From Dehalococcoidia bacterium (lineage in GTDB: Bacteria > Chloroflexota > Dehalococcoidia > Bin125): 64,000 nucleotides of DNA. The position numbers and the translations under genes are program-made. Below, piece after piece: positions 42,672 to 52,306 of this stretch; position 1 is the first letter of the stretch; every line of letters begins with the position of its first letter. The notes under the pieces were generated by a model, which made no database searches, was not told the origin of the DNA, and saw only the letters and a program-made list of their open reading frames with translations. The stretch spans positions 160,001 through 224,000 of the forward strand of contig CAXXSR010000002.1 of NCBI GenBank assembly GCA_963662615.2. Direction: 5' to 3'.

Positions 42672-43553
42672 TCAGCCGCTGGACGTGTGGCGGCACACCC
42701 TGGCGTTCGAGTTCTTGCTGCAGTCGGGGCCGGGGCCACCCCCCGACGACCCGCAACTGCCTTTTTGCAGCGTGAGATTCGTGAAGTCGATGCAGAGCGC
42801 CGCCTGGCTGACGTTCGCGTGGACATTTTCGGTCGTTTCCTTGATCTCCCCGTCACCGCCCACAGGATCGACTTCGATGGTGAGGACGTAGTCGCGGTCG
42901 TTGGCGCCGTCGGCGTTGTTCTGGACCAAGTCGGTCACGTCGACCCACTGGCCGTCCAGGTAGTAGCTGTACTTGTCGCCCCAGCCCACCGACATGCCCT
43001 GGACTTCGCCGCCGCAGGTGCGATAGACGGCCCGCTTGGGCGCGCCGGGCAGTTTTCTGTCAATGCGAGTGGTGTCCATGATGCAGAAGGTGGTCTTGGC
43101 GCCGTGCGCCCTGACATTCTCCCGGTCATTGGGCCGGTGGAGGTCGTAGATGGCGTAGCCCTGAAAGTGGGTATGGTTGTGCCCGTCGTGATAGATGAAG
43201 GTGCCGGCGGGGCTGGCAAGGGTCTCCCAAGTGCCGTCGGCGAGGAGGACGCGCTGGTAGACCTTCTGCTTCTGCGATCCGTTCTGGACGATGATCTCCG
43301 GGTCGGCCCAGAGGTCGAGGGGGCCGTCGCCGCCATTGGCGCTGGTGGTGCTGAAGCGGAGGACGGTGCGCTGCTCCCCGTTGATGGTGACCGTGTCGAA
43401 GCGGAAGTCGGTGGCCGCCAGAGGGTAGAGGTCGGGGTAGAGCGACTGGGGGCTCGCGGCGGCGGGGGTCGGTTCGACGCCTCCGAGACCGGCGGCGAAC
43501 GCCGCGACGGCGCCAGCAATCACGAGGCCGCTAATGGCCGTCCAGGCACGCAC
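42672..43553 (-). CDS. Secreted lysyl oxidase family protein
   Basis: LRFS, Cu site YHDGHNHTHF, KTTFC..DT (LTQ Lys) and QGMSVGWGDKY (LTQ Tyr) motifs; signal peptide. Confidence 0.9.
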   Translation of the reverse strand: MRAWTAISGLVIAGAVAAFAAGLGGVEPTPAAASPQSLYPDLYPLAATDFRFDTVTINGEQRTVLRFSTTSANGGDGPLDLWADPEIIVQNGSQKQKVYQRVLLADGTWETLASPAGTFIYHDGHNHTHFQGYAIYDLHRPNDRENVRAHGAKTTFCIMDTTRIDRKLPGAPKRAVYRTCGGEVQGMSVGWGDKYSYYLDGQWVDVTDLVQNNADGANDRDYVLTIEVDPVGGDGEIKETTENVHANVSQAALCIDFTNLTLQKGSCGSSGGGPGPDCSKNSNARVCRHTSSG

Positions 43554-43662
43554 GCGGGATCCCTTCGCATCTAGAGTGCGAATTCGCCCTCGCACTCTAG
43601 CGGGGATCGAGCGCGTTGATCTGGCCGGTTTCCACGATGTCCACTGGATCGACAGAAGCGAC

Positions 43663-43689
43663 AGAGCCCGCTCTTGCGAGCGGGCTCTT
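43663..43689 (-). terminator. Hairpin downstream of the matrixin gene
   Basis: AGAGCCCGCTC-ttgc-GAGCGGGCTCT. Confidence 0.65.
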
Positions 43690-43718
43690 GATATCAGCAG
43701 GCTGGGGCGGCGCGGACG

Positions 43719-44603
43719 CTACTTGTTAGGATCGCAATTCGGGTGGTTGGGTTTCTTCGAACAGGGCGGGCCGCCGCCGCCGCCGCCGCCGTCTTCTTCT
43801 TCGCTGCCGCTGGAGGCAGGGTACAGCGCCTTGATCCCGTTCTTGTCGTCCCTGTCCAAATTCTGGTCCACGCCGAGATAGGCGAAATACATCACGGCTT
43901 TCCATTGGGGAGAGTGGCCGAGGCCAGCCACGTGGCCGTTCTCGTGGAGGAAGACGGACTCAACGTCGTAGGTGTTGGCAGCGCCATTGGTGGACCAGGA
44001 GAAATTGGTGTTCATGGCCATGTCGGCTTCGAACGGCGCTGCGGTCCAGTACCAGGTCACGCCCAGCGTGTTGGGGTCATCGAGTGCCATCCAGGCCACG
44101 TCGTTGAGGCCGTCGCGGGTCTGGTTGCCGCATTCGTAGACCGTTGAAGGACAGCGGTTGATGTTCAGATCACCGGCGGCCAGAACGAATGCGGAGCCCT
44201 GAACATTGCTCCACGTCGTGTGGGTTGCGGTTAGAGCCGCCGCGCCACCACCGCCAGTTGGATCGCCGGTGGGGTTGTAGTTCTGGGTTAGGAAATCGGT
44301 GGCGGGGTCACCGTCCGAGAATTGAGGCCAGACCACACCGGTAACGGAAAAGGGAGCGGAGATCGGCTGCGCGCCCTGACGGCGCACGGCTCGCTCGGCC
44401 ACTGCGCGCGCATCCTGGCCCGGGGGCACGACCACGGCGACGTGGACGATGACATCCTCCCCCTGAATCTGGGCGAGACCGAACGCCGATACGACTTGCC
44501 CCGCCAGCGGGCCCTGGGCCTCGGCGCCGTCCGAGCGCAGGCCGAAGGCCAGGCCTACGGCCAGGGCCGCTACTGCGACCGCCGCGATTGAGAATCGTTT
44601 CAT
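43719..44603 (-). CDS. Secreted matrixin (M10) zinc metalloprotease
   Basis: HENGHVAGLGH plus Met-turn AVMY; signal peptide. Confidence 0.92.
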   Translation of the reverse strand: MKRFSIAAVAVAALAVGLAFGLRSDGAEAQGPLAGQVVSAFGLAQIQGEDVIVHVAVVVPPGQDARAVAERAVRRQGAQPISAPFSVTGVVWPQFSDGDPATDFLTQNYNPTGDPTGGGGAAALTATHTTWSNVQGSAFVLAAGDLNINRCPSTVYECGNQTRDGLNDVAWMALDDPNTLGVTWYWTAAPFEADMAMNTNFSWSTNGAANTYDVESVFLHENGHVAGLGHSPQWKAVMYFAYLGVDQNLDRDDKNGIKALYPASSGSEEEDGGGGGGGPPCSKKPNHPNCDPNK

Positions 44604-44797
44604 GACAAAGCCGCCCTTTCGCACCAACTCGAAGCTAGTACTAGCATCGGCGTCCTTGCCCCGCCCTTGCCATCAGGGAATCCGCGCCACTCTAGACCGC
44701 GCGACCCTGGATCAACAACGTCGGACGGACCCTCGGCGGATGGATCCACTACTCCTCGGGCGCACGGATGCGCCCGTCGCAGAGGCCTTCCTACACT

Positions 44798-44828
44798 CTA
44801 TGAACGCAGAACTGCCGGAAACGTTACG
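44798..44828 (-). promoter_or_regulatory. Putative alternative-sigma promoter CGTAAC-N16-CGTTCATAG
   Basis: Same spacing as the copies at 39429 and 48483. Confidence 0.55.
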
Positions 44829-44918
44829 GGGTCCGCCCGAAACTTCGGCGAATTACCCCGGAGGCGCGGCACGCAGCCGTCGCTGAGCGCTGGTACGAAG
44901 CCCCTACTCGAAGACGCT

Positions 44919-46013
44919 CTACTCGAAAACGATGACGCCGCGGCCGTCCTCGCCGCGCTCCAGGGCGGCGAAGCCGTCGTTGATCTCATCCAGCGAGTAG
45001 CGGCGCTGGATCAGGCTATCCACGTCGATGCGGCCATCGACGTAGAGGCTCACCAGCGTCGCGAAGGTCTGGTGCGGGCTGGCAGAGCCGTAGTAGCTGC
45101 CCTGAAGCCGCTTTTGCTCACGGGTAAGGATGGCGACGTTGATGGGCGCGCGGTCCTCGAGGGGGGCCAGCCCGATGACGACGGCGGTGCCGCCCTTGCG
45201 AACCGAGTCGAGGGCCTGGGCGGCGATCTCGCCGCCGCCGATGGTGTCAAAGGCGAAGTCCACGCCGCCGCCGCTCAGTTCGCGCACGGCCGCGACCGGA
45301 TCGACCTTGCGAGCGTTGACGACGTCGGTGGCGCCGAAGCCACGGGCGAATTCCAGCTTGTGGTCGTGGACGTCGACGGCAATGATGCGCGAGGCGCTGA
45401 TGGTGCGCGCGCCCTGGACGGTGTTGAGGCCGACGCCGCCGCAGCCGAAGACGGCCACGGTGGCGCCGGGGCGAATGTCGGGCTGATTGACGATGCCGCC
45501 GAAGCCGGTGGTGACGCAGCATCCCATCAGCGCAGCGACCTCCGAGGGCACGGCGTCGGGGATGGGGAAGCAGGCCTGCTCCGGGACGACGATGCTCTCG
45601 GCGAAGACGCCGAGCTTGTTCATTTGCTGGATCTCGGTGCCCTCCGCATCGTGGAGGCGAACGGTGCCGTCGAAGAGCCGCGAGACGTCCTTGCGGTGCG
45701 CGTCGCAGAGCTGGGCGAGGCCGCTGCGGCACATAGGACACTGGCCGCAACTGGAGACGAAGGAGAGGATGCAGCGATCGCCGGGGTTGACGGCGGTGAC
45801 GCCGGGACCGATTGCCTCCACGACGCCCGCCCCCTCATGTCCCAGAACGGAGGGGAGCGGGAAGGCGATGGTGCCATGCATGATGTGATGGTCGCTGAGG
45901 CACAGTCCCGCCGCGCTTATGCGCACGAGGACCTCGCGCTCCCGGGGCTCGTCCTGGCTGAGCTCCTTCACCGTGAGCGGACTGTTGACCTCGTACAGTA
46001 CGGCGGCTTTCAT
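44919..46013 (-). CDS. Zn-dependent alcohol dehydrogenase (MDR, class III-like)
   Basis: CLSD, GHEGAG, CGQC..C...C and GCGGVG motifs. Confidence 0.95.
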   Translation of the reverse strand: MKAAVLYEVNSPLTVKELSQDEPREREVLVRISAAGLCLSDHHIMHGTIAFPLPSVLGHEGAGVVEAIGPGVTAVNPGDRCILSFVSSCGQCPMCRSGLAQLCDAHRKDVSRLFDGTVRLHDAEGTEIQQMNKLGVFAESIVVPEQACFPIPDAVPSEVAALMGCCVTTGFGGIVNQPDIRPGATVAVFGCGGVGLNTVQGARTISASRIIAVDVHDHKLEFARGFGATDVVNARKVDPVAAVRELSGGGVDFAFDTIGGGEIAAQALDSVRKGGTAVVIGLAPLEDRAPINVAILTREQKRLQGSYYGSASPHQTFATLVSLYVDGRIDVDSLIQRRYSLDEINDGFAALERGEDGRGVIVFE

Positions 46014-46186
46014 GTGCCCCTCCCTTGTGTGCCAGCGGCGTTGAATGGGGCCGTATGGTAATGCACTATCGAGAGGATGCCAACGGCGCTAGGGCCGAGC
46101 TGCGGTGGCCGAGCTGCGGTGACCGCGCTACAACGAGAGCGCCCCGGCCTGAGCCGGGGCGCAACTGTAGGGGCGGGCGACAGTCT

Positions 46187-48286
46187 CTACCTCTGTTTGG
46201 TGTAGAGGTTGAATGGCGTGAGGCCGTTCCAGGTCAATCCAGGAGCGTTCAGTTGAACGACGATCGTGGTGTAGGTCCCGCGCGGCGCGTTGCGGACAAA
46301 CCAGGTGACCGTGCCGTCGGCGCCCGTGTCAGCGGTGCCCTCGCCGATCCAGGCGTCCTCCAGGCGGAAGAGCCAGATAGTCACGCTCGCTCCGGCGACG
46401 GGGTTGCCAAGATCGTCCCTCAGAGTGACCGTCACGTTCAGGTCCTTGAAGCCGCGGCTGAGCCAGTAGCCGTCGATGCCGCTGGGCGTCGTGACGATGA
46501 CGCTGGTGGCGTCAACGACTTCCGAGGCAACGTTGAAGGCGGCCGAGCCAAGGCCACTGATGCCGCGGCCATCGGTGACGCTCACCTGCACGGTGTGCTG
46601 TCCCTCAGCGGGCAGGGCAAGATTCGCGGTGTACATTCCGGGCGTCGCGGTTGGGCCGAACGTCACCGCGGCAGGGGAGCCGTCAAGCGTCGTGGCGAAG
46701 GCGGCGGAGGCGAGCTGGTCGATGGCGGCGCCGTACTCGTCGGTGACGATGGCGGTGACGATCGCGGTGGTATCGGTCCCGATCAGGTAGTCGGACTTGT
46801 CCGTGCTGAGGGCGACAATGACGGCCGGAGGCGCAGCGGTAACGGTGAGGCTGCTGCCAGTGCTGACACCTTCGCTGGACGCGGTGATCGTCGCTGCGCC
46901 GACGGCAAGGCCCGTGGCCAAGCCCGCGGCATCCACGGTTGCGATAGCGCCGACAGAGCTGCTCCAGGCCACCACGGCAGTGACATCGCGGCTGGTGTCG
47001 TCGTCGAAGGTGCCCATGGCGGTGAACTGTTGGCTCTGGCCCACTTCGATCGATGCGCTGCTGGGCGTGACGTCGATGCCGGTCAGCGCGGCGTCGGTGC
47101 CGACGAAGAGCAGCAGGTTGGGCGTGTTCCCCACAGCACTGTAGGCGTGCAACGCGATCTTGCCGGCGCTGGCGTTGCTGGTGATGGCGGCGGCGACGTT
47201 GGCCGGGCTGGCGGATGGATTGGACTCGAGATAGAGCGCCGCGGCGCCGGCGACGTGCGGCGTGGCCATGGAGGTGCCGCTAATGGTCCTGGTGGACTTG
47301 GGGCCGTTCTTCCAGGCCGAGGTGATGTCGACACCGGGGCCGAGAATGTCCACGCAGGTACCGTAGTTCGAGAAGGAGGCCTCTCGGTCGGAGCTGTCGG
47401 TCGCGCCCACGGTGAGCGCGTCGGCAACGCGTGCCGGAGAGATGTTGCAGGCGTCTTCGGGGAAGCCGAAGAAGTTGCCGTTGCCGGCGGCGATGGCGTA
47501 GGTCACCCCGTCGGCGATGGAGTTTTCGACCGCGGTATCCAGCGCGACGCTGGCGGAACCGCCGAGGCTCATGTTGGCAACGGCGGGTTCGCCGGCGACG
47601 TGGTCGCCTGTGACCCAATCGATGGCGGCGATCACGCCACTGTCGCTGCCGCTGCCGCGGCAGTTGAGCACGCGCAGCGCGATCAGATTCACGCTCTTGG
47701 CGACGCCGTAGGTCGCGCCGCCGACCGTACCGGCCACGTGGGTCCCATGGCCGTTACAGTCGCTGGCGACGGCATCGTCGCTGACGAAGTCCCAGCCGTA
47801 GGAGGCGCGGCCCTGAAATTCCCGGTGGGTGATGCGGATGCCGGTATCGATGATGTAGACGTTGACCCCGAGGCCGGTGGGGTTGTGGGTGTAGGCGCCG
47901 TCGAGGGGCAGGTCGCGCTGATCGATGCGATCGAGGCCCCAGGGGGCGTCGGATTGCGTGTCGCTCGCCCAGACCACGCGGTCCGGCTCCACGAAGTCCA
48001 CATTGGGGTTGCGGGCGAGGGCGCCAGCCGCTTGCTCGGAAAGCGTAGCCGCGAAGCCGTTGAGGGCGTGTTGGTAGACGAAATGCAGCGAACCGCCGTT
48101 GGCACGGACGAGCCGATTCGCCAATCCGGGCGCGTCGCGGACGTCGTTGTTGAAGACGACGATGTAGCGGCCGGGGATGACGTCAGGGGGTTGACCCTGG
48201 GCCTCGGCGTCGCCGGATCCCAGGCTCACGCCCAGCCCGATGGCCACGGCCGCCAATGCGACCAGGGCGATGGAGAATCGTTTCAT
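46187..48286 (-). CDS. Secreted S8 protease, aqualysin/proteinase K type, with Ig-like domains
   Basis: [24 protein letters not shown] and GTSMATPH motifs; Big_2-like domain. Confidence 0.95.
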   Translation of the reverse strand: MKRFSIALVALAAVAIGLGVSLGSGDAEAQGQPPDVIPGRYIVVFNNDVRDAPGLANRLVRANGGSLHFVYQHALNGFAATLSEQAAGALARNPNVDFVEPDRVVWASDTQSDAPWGLDRIDQRDLPLDGAYTHNPTGLGVNVYIIDTGIRITHREFQGRASYGWDFVSDDAVASDCNGHGTHVAGTVGGATYGVAKSVNLIALRVLNCRGSGSDSGVIAAIDWVTGDHVAGEPAVANMSLGGSASVALDTAVENSIADGVTYAIAAGNGNFFGFPEDACNISPARVADALTVGATDSSDREASFSNYGTCVDILGPGVDITSAWKNGPKSTRTISGTSMATPHVAGAAALYLESNPSASPANVAAAITSNASAGKIALHAYSAVGNTPNLLLFVGTDAALTGIDVTPSSASIEVGQSQQFTAMGTFDDDTSRDVTAVVAWSSSVGAIATVDAAGLATGLAVGAATITASSEGVSTGSSLTVTAAPPAVIVALSTDKSDYLIGTDTTAIVTAIVTDEYGAAIDQLASAAFATTLDGSPAAVTFGPTATPGMYTANLALPAEGQHTVQVSVTDGRGISGLGSAAFNVASEVVDATSVIVTTPSGIDGYWLSRGFKDLNVTVTLRDDLGNPVAGASVTIWLFRLEDAWIGEGTADTGADGTVTWFVRNAPRGTYTTIVVQLNAPGLTWNGLTPFNLYTKQR

Positions 48287-48482
48287 GTCAGTACCGCCTC
48301 CCCCTCCCCATGTCCGCGAACATGGGGCTCACAGCCGGCGGCACTCCCTGCCTCAAGCGTGCGCGGTCCCGGTCAACTCATAGACCCCCTCTGAAGGAGC
48401 GCCGTTATGCCCGGAGCACAGCCAGTGCACACCGACATGGGCGGCGGTGCGTCTCCGCAGACGGAAGCCCGACTTCTACCCT

Positions 48483-48513
48483 CTATATGGGGGGAAAGGG
48501 GGCATTTGTTACG
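48483..48513 (-). promoter_or_regulatory. Putative alternative-sigma promoter CGTAAC-N16-CCCATATAG
   Basis: Identical boxes and spacing to 39429-39459. Confidence 0.65.
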
Positions 48514-48618
48514 CGACGCCGCCGTGTGCTCCAGGTAACACTGGGTTGGTGATCCAGATAACGCCGGACGGGAGGCGGTGTGCCTGGCGATGCCGCTCCT
48601 GGCTCCGCCGAGGGGAGC

Positions 48619-49695
48619 TCAGGCCCCCAGCCGCCGTCGCCAGAGGGAGTAGGCAACGCCGACGAGAACGGCCGCGCCGGCGACGGCGCCGATCACACCC
48701 CAGACCCAGGCCGGCGGGTTGTCATCCACGTTGTCACCGCCGCTGCCGGTGGAGGGCAGCGCCTCGGGCGACACGGCCGGGGGTGGAGGCTGCGGTTGGG
48801 GTGGCGGTGGGGGTGGGGGTGGCGGTGGGGGCGGCAGGCCGGCGATGGTGGCGATGGCCGGGAAGCCCAAGATCTCGTTGAGCGTGGCCTCCACGGCGGG
48901 ATTTTCCGGCGCGTTGATCAGGATCACGATGAGGGCGCCCGGTCCCCAGATCGTCGCGTTGGCGGGCGGAGGGACGCCATCGTCGGCGCGGAAGCGATCC
49001 AAGGTCGCCTCCACGGCGGCGGCGCTCTCAAGCTGGTACGGCTCGATCGCGGCGGTACCCACGGGGATCCGCCCCGCGCTGGAAACGGGGATGCCATCGC
49101 GCTGGATGGCGATCTCCTGGAGGGCGGTGGGCAGGCCGGCGGCCGCCAGCGCCGTGAACAGCTCCGCCAACGTTGTGGGCCCTGCCACCGGCTCCGGCTC
49201 AATGACGGGCTCAGCGCGGGGCCCGCGCAGCGTCGCGCCGGGAGGGAGGGGCGCCTCTGGCACGGCGGCGGGCGACAGCTCGCCCTCAGCGAGGCGGAGG
49301 GAATCGCCGCGCAGGTCGGTGTGATAGCGGTAGGCGAGGGCACCGTCGCCGAGCCAGAGCGCCCAGCCGTCCACCAACACTTGGGCGCACAGCTCGCCGA
49401 CGTCGGCGGCTCCGAGACAGGCGTCATTCCAGGTGACCGCCTGGGCGCGGAGGAGCTGGATCGCGTCGGCCGCGGCGCCGCTGCGTTCGGCGAGATCGGC
49501 GGCGGCAGCGGCGAAGGCAGCGTCCGGCGGCTCCTGATTGCGCTGTGCCGAGACGAGGGAGGGCGCAAAGACGGCAAAGGCTGCCGCAAGCAGCAGCGCG
49601 AGGATGGATTGCGCGGCGAGCGATGGAAGGGGTCTCCGGTGCGGCGAGGCGGTTGCAAGGCCCCGGCCGGGCCGAGAGGGTCGATGGCCAGGCAT
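48619..49695 (-). CDS. Surface protein with poly-Pro linker and LPxTG sorting signal
   Basis: Signal peptide; W.DACLG....CAQV domain; LPSTG followed by a TM helix and RRR. Confidence 0.8.
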   Translation of the reverse strand: MPGHRPSRPGRGLATASPHRRPLPSLAAQSILALLLAAAFAVFAPSLVSAQRNQEPPDAAFAAAAADLAERSGAAADAIQLLRAQAVTWNDACLGAADVGELCAQVLVDGWALWLGDGALAYRYHTDLRGDSLRLAEGELSPAAVPEAPLPPGATLRGPRAEPVIEPEPVAGPTTLAELFTALAAAGLPTALQEIAIQRDGIPVSSAGRIPVGTAAIEPYQLESAAAVEATLDRFRADDGVPPPANATIWGPGALIVILINAPENPAVEATLNEILGFPAIATIAGLPPPPPPPPPPPPQPQPPPPAVSPEALPSTGSGGDNVDDNPPAWVWGVIGAVAGAAVLVGVAYSLWRRRLGA

Positions 49696-49882
49696 GCCCG
49701 CACCTTACTCTTCGTTGACTAGCGCTGAGCCGACATCCGCTGCCGTCCCTACACGATACCGCGCCGCTGAGCGAGTCGGTTCCGCTCCTTTCGCGTCCGA
49801 GCGGGGTGGGCGCGCGGTGGACGGCGCGCGCGGCGCGTGGGTAGGCTCCCGGCATGGCGAGCGACGAGATGAGCGCGACGGC

Positions 49883-50230
49883 ATGAGCGCCCCCGACTGC
49901 CTCTTCTGCAAGTTGGTCGCGGGCGACGTCGCCAGCGAGCGGCTGATGGAGAACGAGCAGGTCCTGGTGATTCGTGATATCCAGCCGCGCGCTCCGGTAC
50001 ACCTGCTCTTGATTCCGAAGGAGCACATTGCCGACGCCCGCGAACTGACGGTCGAGCACGGTCCTCTCCTGGGCCGGCTCTTCGTGGCGGCGGGGCAGGC
50101 GGCGCACCTGGAAAGGGTCGATGGGGACGGCTACCGGCTCGCCTTCAACGTGGGCGAGGCGGCGGGCATGACTGTGCCCCATCTCCATCTGCACCTGCTG
50201 GGCGGCCGGCGTCTGGGGCCCGAGGGGTGA
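49883..50230 (+). CDS. Histidine triad (HIT) nucleotide-binding protein
   Basis: DCLFCK and VPHLHLHLLGG motifs. Confidence 0.95.
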   Translation: MSAPDCLFCKLVAGDVASERLMENEQVLVIRDIQPRAPVHLLLIPKEHIADARELTVEHGPLLGRLFVAAGQAAHLERVDGDGYRLAFNVGEAAGMTVPHLHLHLLGGRRLGPEG

Positions 50231-50880
50231 CGGGCGGGGCCGCGACGACGGGGCGCGCGGAGCCGCCGCTGGTGCAACTTTTTCGCGAGCGCGCCGAACG
50301 GCTGCCCGCAGGGCTGCGTGAGCACGTGGTCCGCGTTGTGGGAGAGGCGCGGCGGTTGGCCCCGCTGTACGACCCTGACCTCTTTGAGCTGGACCTGGCA
50401 GGCGTGGAGGCTGCGGCCTGGGGGCACGATCTCTATCGGGCGCACGCCGACGCTGATCTCTTGGGGCTGGCGGAGCAGCTGGCGATCCCGGTGTCGGCGG
50501 CAGAGCACGCGGTACCGATGCTCCTACACGGGCCGGTGGCCGCCGTGATGGCGGAGGCTGAGTGGGGTGTGACCGACGCCGAGGTGCTGGAGGCGATTCG
50601 CTGGCACACGACGGGGCGCGCGGGCCTGTCGGCGCTGGCGATGACGGTCTTCCTGGCCGACAAGATCGAGCCGGAGAAGGTGCGGGCCGATCCGGGCTTG
50701 CTCCCGATCCGCCGCCTGGCCGAGCGCGGTCCCGAAGCGGCGCTGCTGGCGTACCTGGAGCGCCAGATCGCGCGGCAGATCAGCACGGGCGGCGTGCTGC
50801 ATCCCGCCAGCGTCGAGGCGCGCAACGCCCTCCTTCTGGCCCTGCAGAGCACGGGTCCGGCAGAGCACGACGGGGCGTGA
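50227..50880 (+). CDS. HD-domain hydrolase, YqeK-like (Ap4A hydrolase family)
   Basis: HDL, LLHG, RWHTTG and LADKIE motifs. Confidence 0.85.
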   Translation: MTGGAATTGRAEPPLVQLFRERAERLPAGLREHVVRVVGEARRLAPLYDPDLFELDLAGVEAAAWGHDLYRAHADADLLGLAEQLAIPVSAAEHAVPMLLHGPVAAVMAEAEWGVTDAEVLEAIRWHTTGRAGLSALAMTVFLADKIEPEKVRADPGLLPIRRLAERGPEAALLAYLERQIARQISTGGVLHPASVEARNALLLALQSTGPAEHDGA

Positions 50881-50907
50881 CGATGAGCGGCGCCGGCGCC
50901 GACGGGC

Positions 50908-52098
50908 TTAGCGAGGAGGATCGCGGTCGGGAGGGTTGCGGAAGGCGTCAATGCCGCCCGGTTTCTTGCGCCGTCGCAGGCGCGGCAGCCTCCGCCTACC
51001 GAGACCGGGGCGGAGCGAGAGCGGGCTCCGTATGCGCGCGCGTCGAGCGGGGGGAACCGGGAACTCTAGGAGGTTGGTGTCGGGAGTTGCGGTGGTATCG
51101 AGCGGGGGTGGGCGGTGGGGCTGGCGTTGGCTCTGGCGGTGGCGGCGCGCGCCGAAGCCGAAGCCGAAGCTGGGGGGCAGGTTCCAGGTGGGGCCGATGG
51201 CTCCGGCGGGCGCGCGCCAGCGGCCGATCAGGAAGGGGTAGATGAGAGCCATGCCGGCCACGAAGCCGCCGATGTGGGCGAACCAGGCGGTGCCGCCGCT
51301 GCCGACAGCATCGCCGGCGATGGAACCGACGCCGCTGATCAGGTTGAGGAGGAACCAGAAGCCGATCATGAGCGGCGCCGGAATGACCGCGGGGATAAAG
51401 AAGATGATGGGGATCAGGACCTGGATCATGGAGCGGGGGAAAAGGAGGAGGTAGGCGCCGAGGACGCCGGAGATGGCGCCGCTGGCGCCGATCATGGGCA
51501 CGAGGTCGCCGCTGTCGATCAAGATGTGGGCGGCGACGGCGGCGTACCCGATGACCATGTAGAAGAGGGCGAAGCGGACGTGGCCGAGGCGGTCTTCGAC
51601 GTTGTCGGCGAAGACCCAGAGGAAGAGCATGTTGCCAATGAGGTGCAGGAAGCCGCCGTGCAGGAACATGGCGAAGAGCGGCGTGAGGAGGAGGAGGATG
51701 AGGCCATCGAAGAGTTGGACGCCCTGCAGCTCCACCACGTCGTGGGACGTCGAATTGCCGTCGATCTCGCCGGTGATGAACTCGGGGACGGCACCGAACC
51801 GCAGCGTGAACTCGTCCCGCGGTGAAACGGGATAGCGGACGAACACGTCCGACCCTAGCCGACGAGGGAAGACGAACTCGCCGGCGCTTTCGAGACGCGG
51901 ATCCGCCGCGGCGATCGCCTCTGCTGCTTGGGGGCTTCCCGCTTCGGTGATGGCGGCGTCGTCGATGATGAAGACAGCGCGAGTCGGGGTATCGTTCATC
52001 ACGAACATCAGCAAGAAGACGAGGACGTTAATGACGATAAGCGCCCTGGTGACATAGGGCGTCGTGGTGCGCCACTGGCTGTCGCGGATGGGAATCAT
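50908..52098 (-). CDS. Rhomboid intramembrane serine protease
   Basis: MFLHGG..HL.GNM, GASGA and AHIGG motifs. Confidence 0.93.
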   Translation of the reverse strand: MIPIRDSQWRTTTPYVTRALIVINVLVFLLMFVMNDTPTRAVFIIDDAAITEAGSPQAAEAIAAADPRLESAGEFVFPRRLGSDVFVRYPVSPRDEFTLRFGAVPEFITGEIDGNSTSHDVVELQGVQLFDGLILLLLTPLFAMFLHGGFLHLIGNMLFLWVFADNVEDRLGHVRFALFYMVIGYAAVAAHILIDSGDLVPMIGASGAISGVLGAYLLLFPRSMIQVLIPIIFFIPAVIPAPLMIGFWFLLNLISGVGSIAGDAVGSGGTAWFAHIGGFVAGMALIYPFLIGRWRAPAGAIGPTWNLPPSFGFGFGARRHRQSQRQPHRPPPLDTTATPDTNLLEFPVPPARRARIRSPLSLRPGLGRRRLPRLRRRKKPGGIDAFRNPPDRDPPR

Positions 52099-52306
52099 GC
52101 GAGCCGGGACGCTCCCCTGCCGACGTGCGACGCGAGCGGTGTCATCTCATCGTAGCCGAGGCGGACGTCGTCCCGGCCGGCAGCGGGGCTTGGCATCGGG
52201 ACAACGGTGATGACCAGCGCCAGCGCCACTGCGACGGGAGAGCCGCTGGGGCGGGAGAGCCGACGTCGCGGGCGAAGCTGGCGGCGCGGTTCGGGCGGGG
52301 GCAGGG

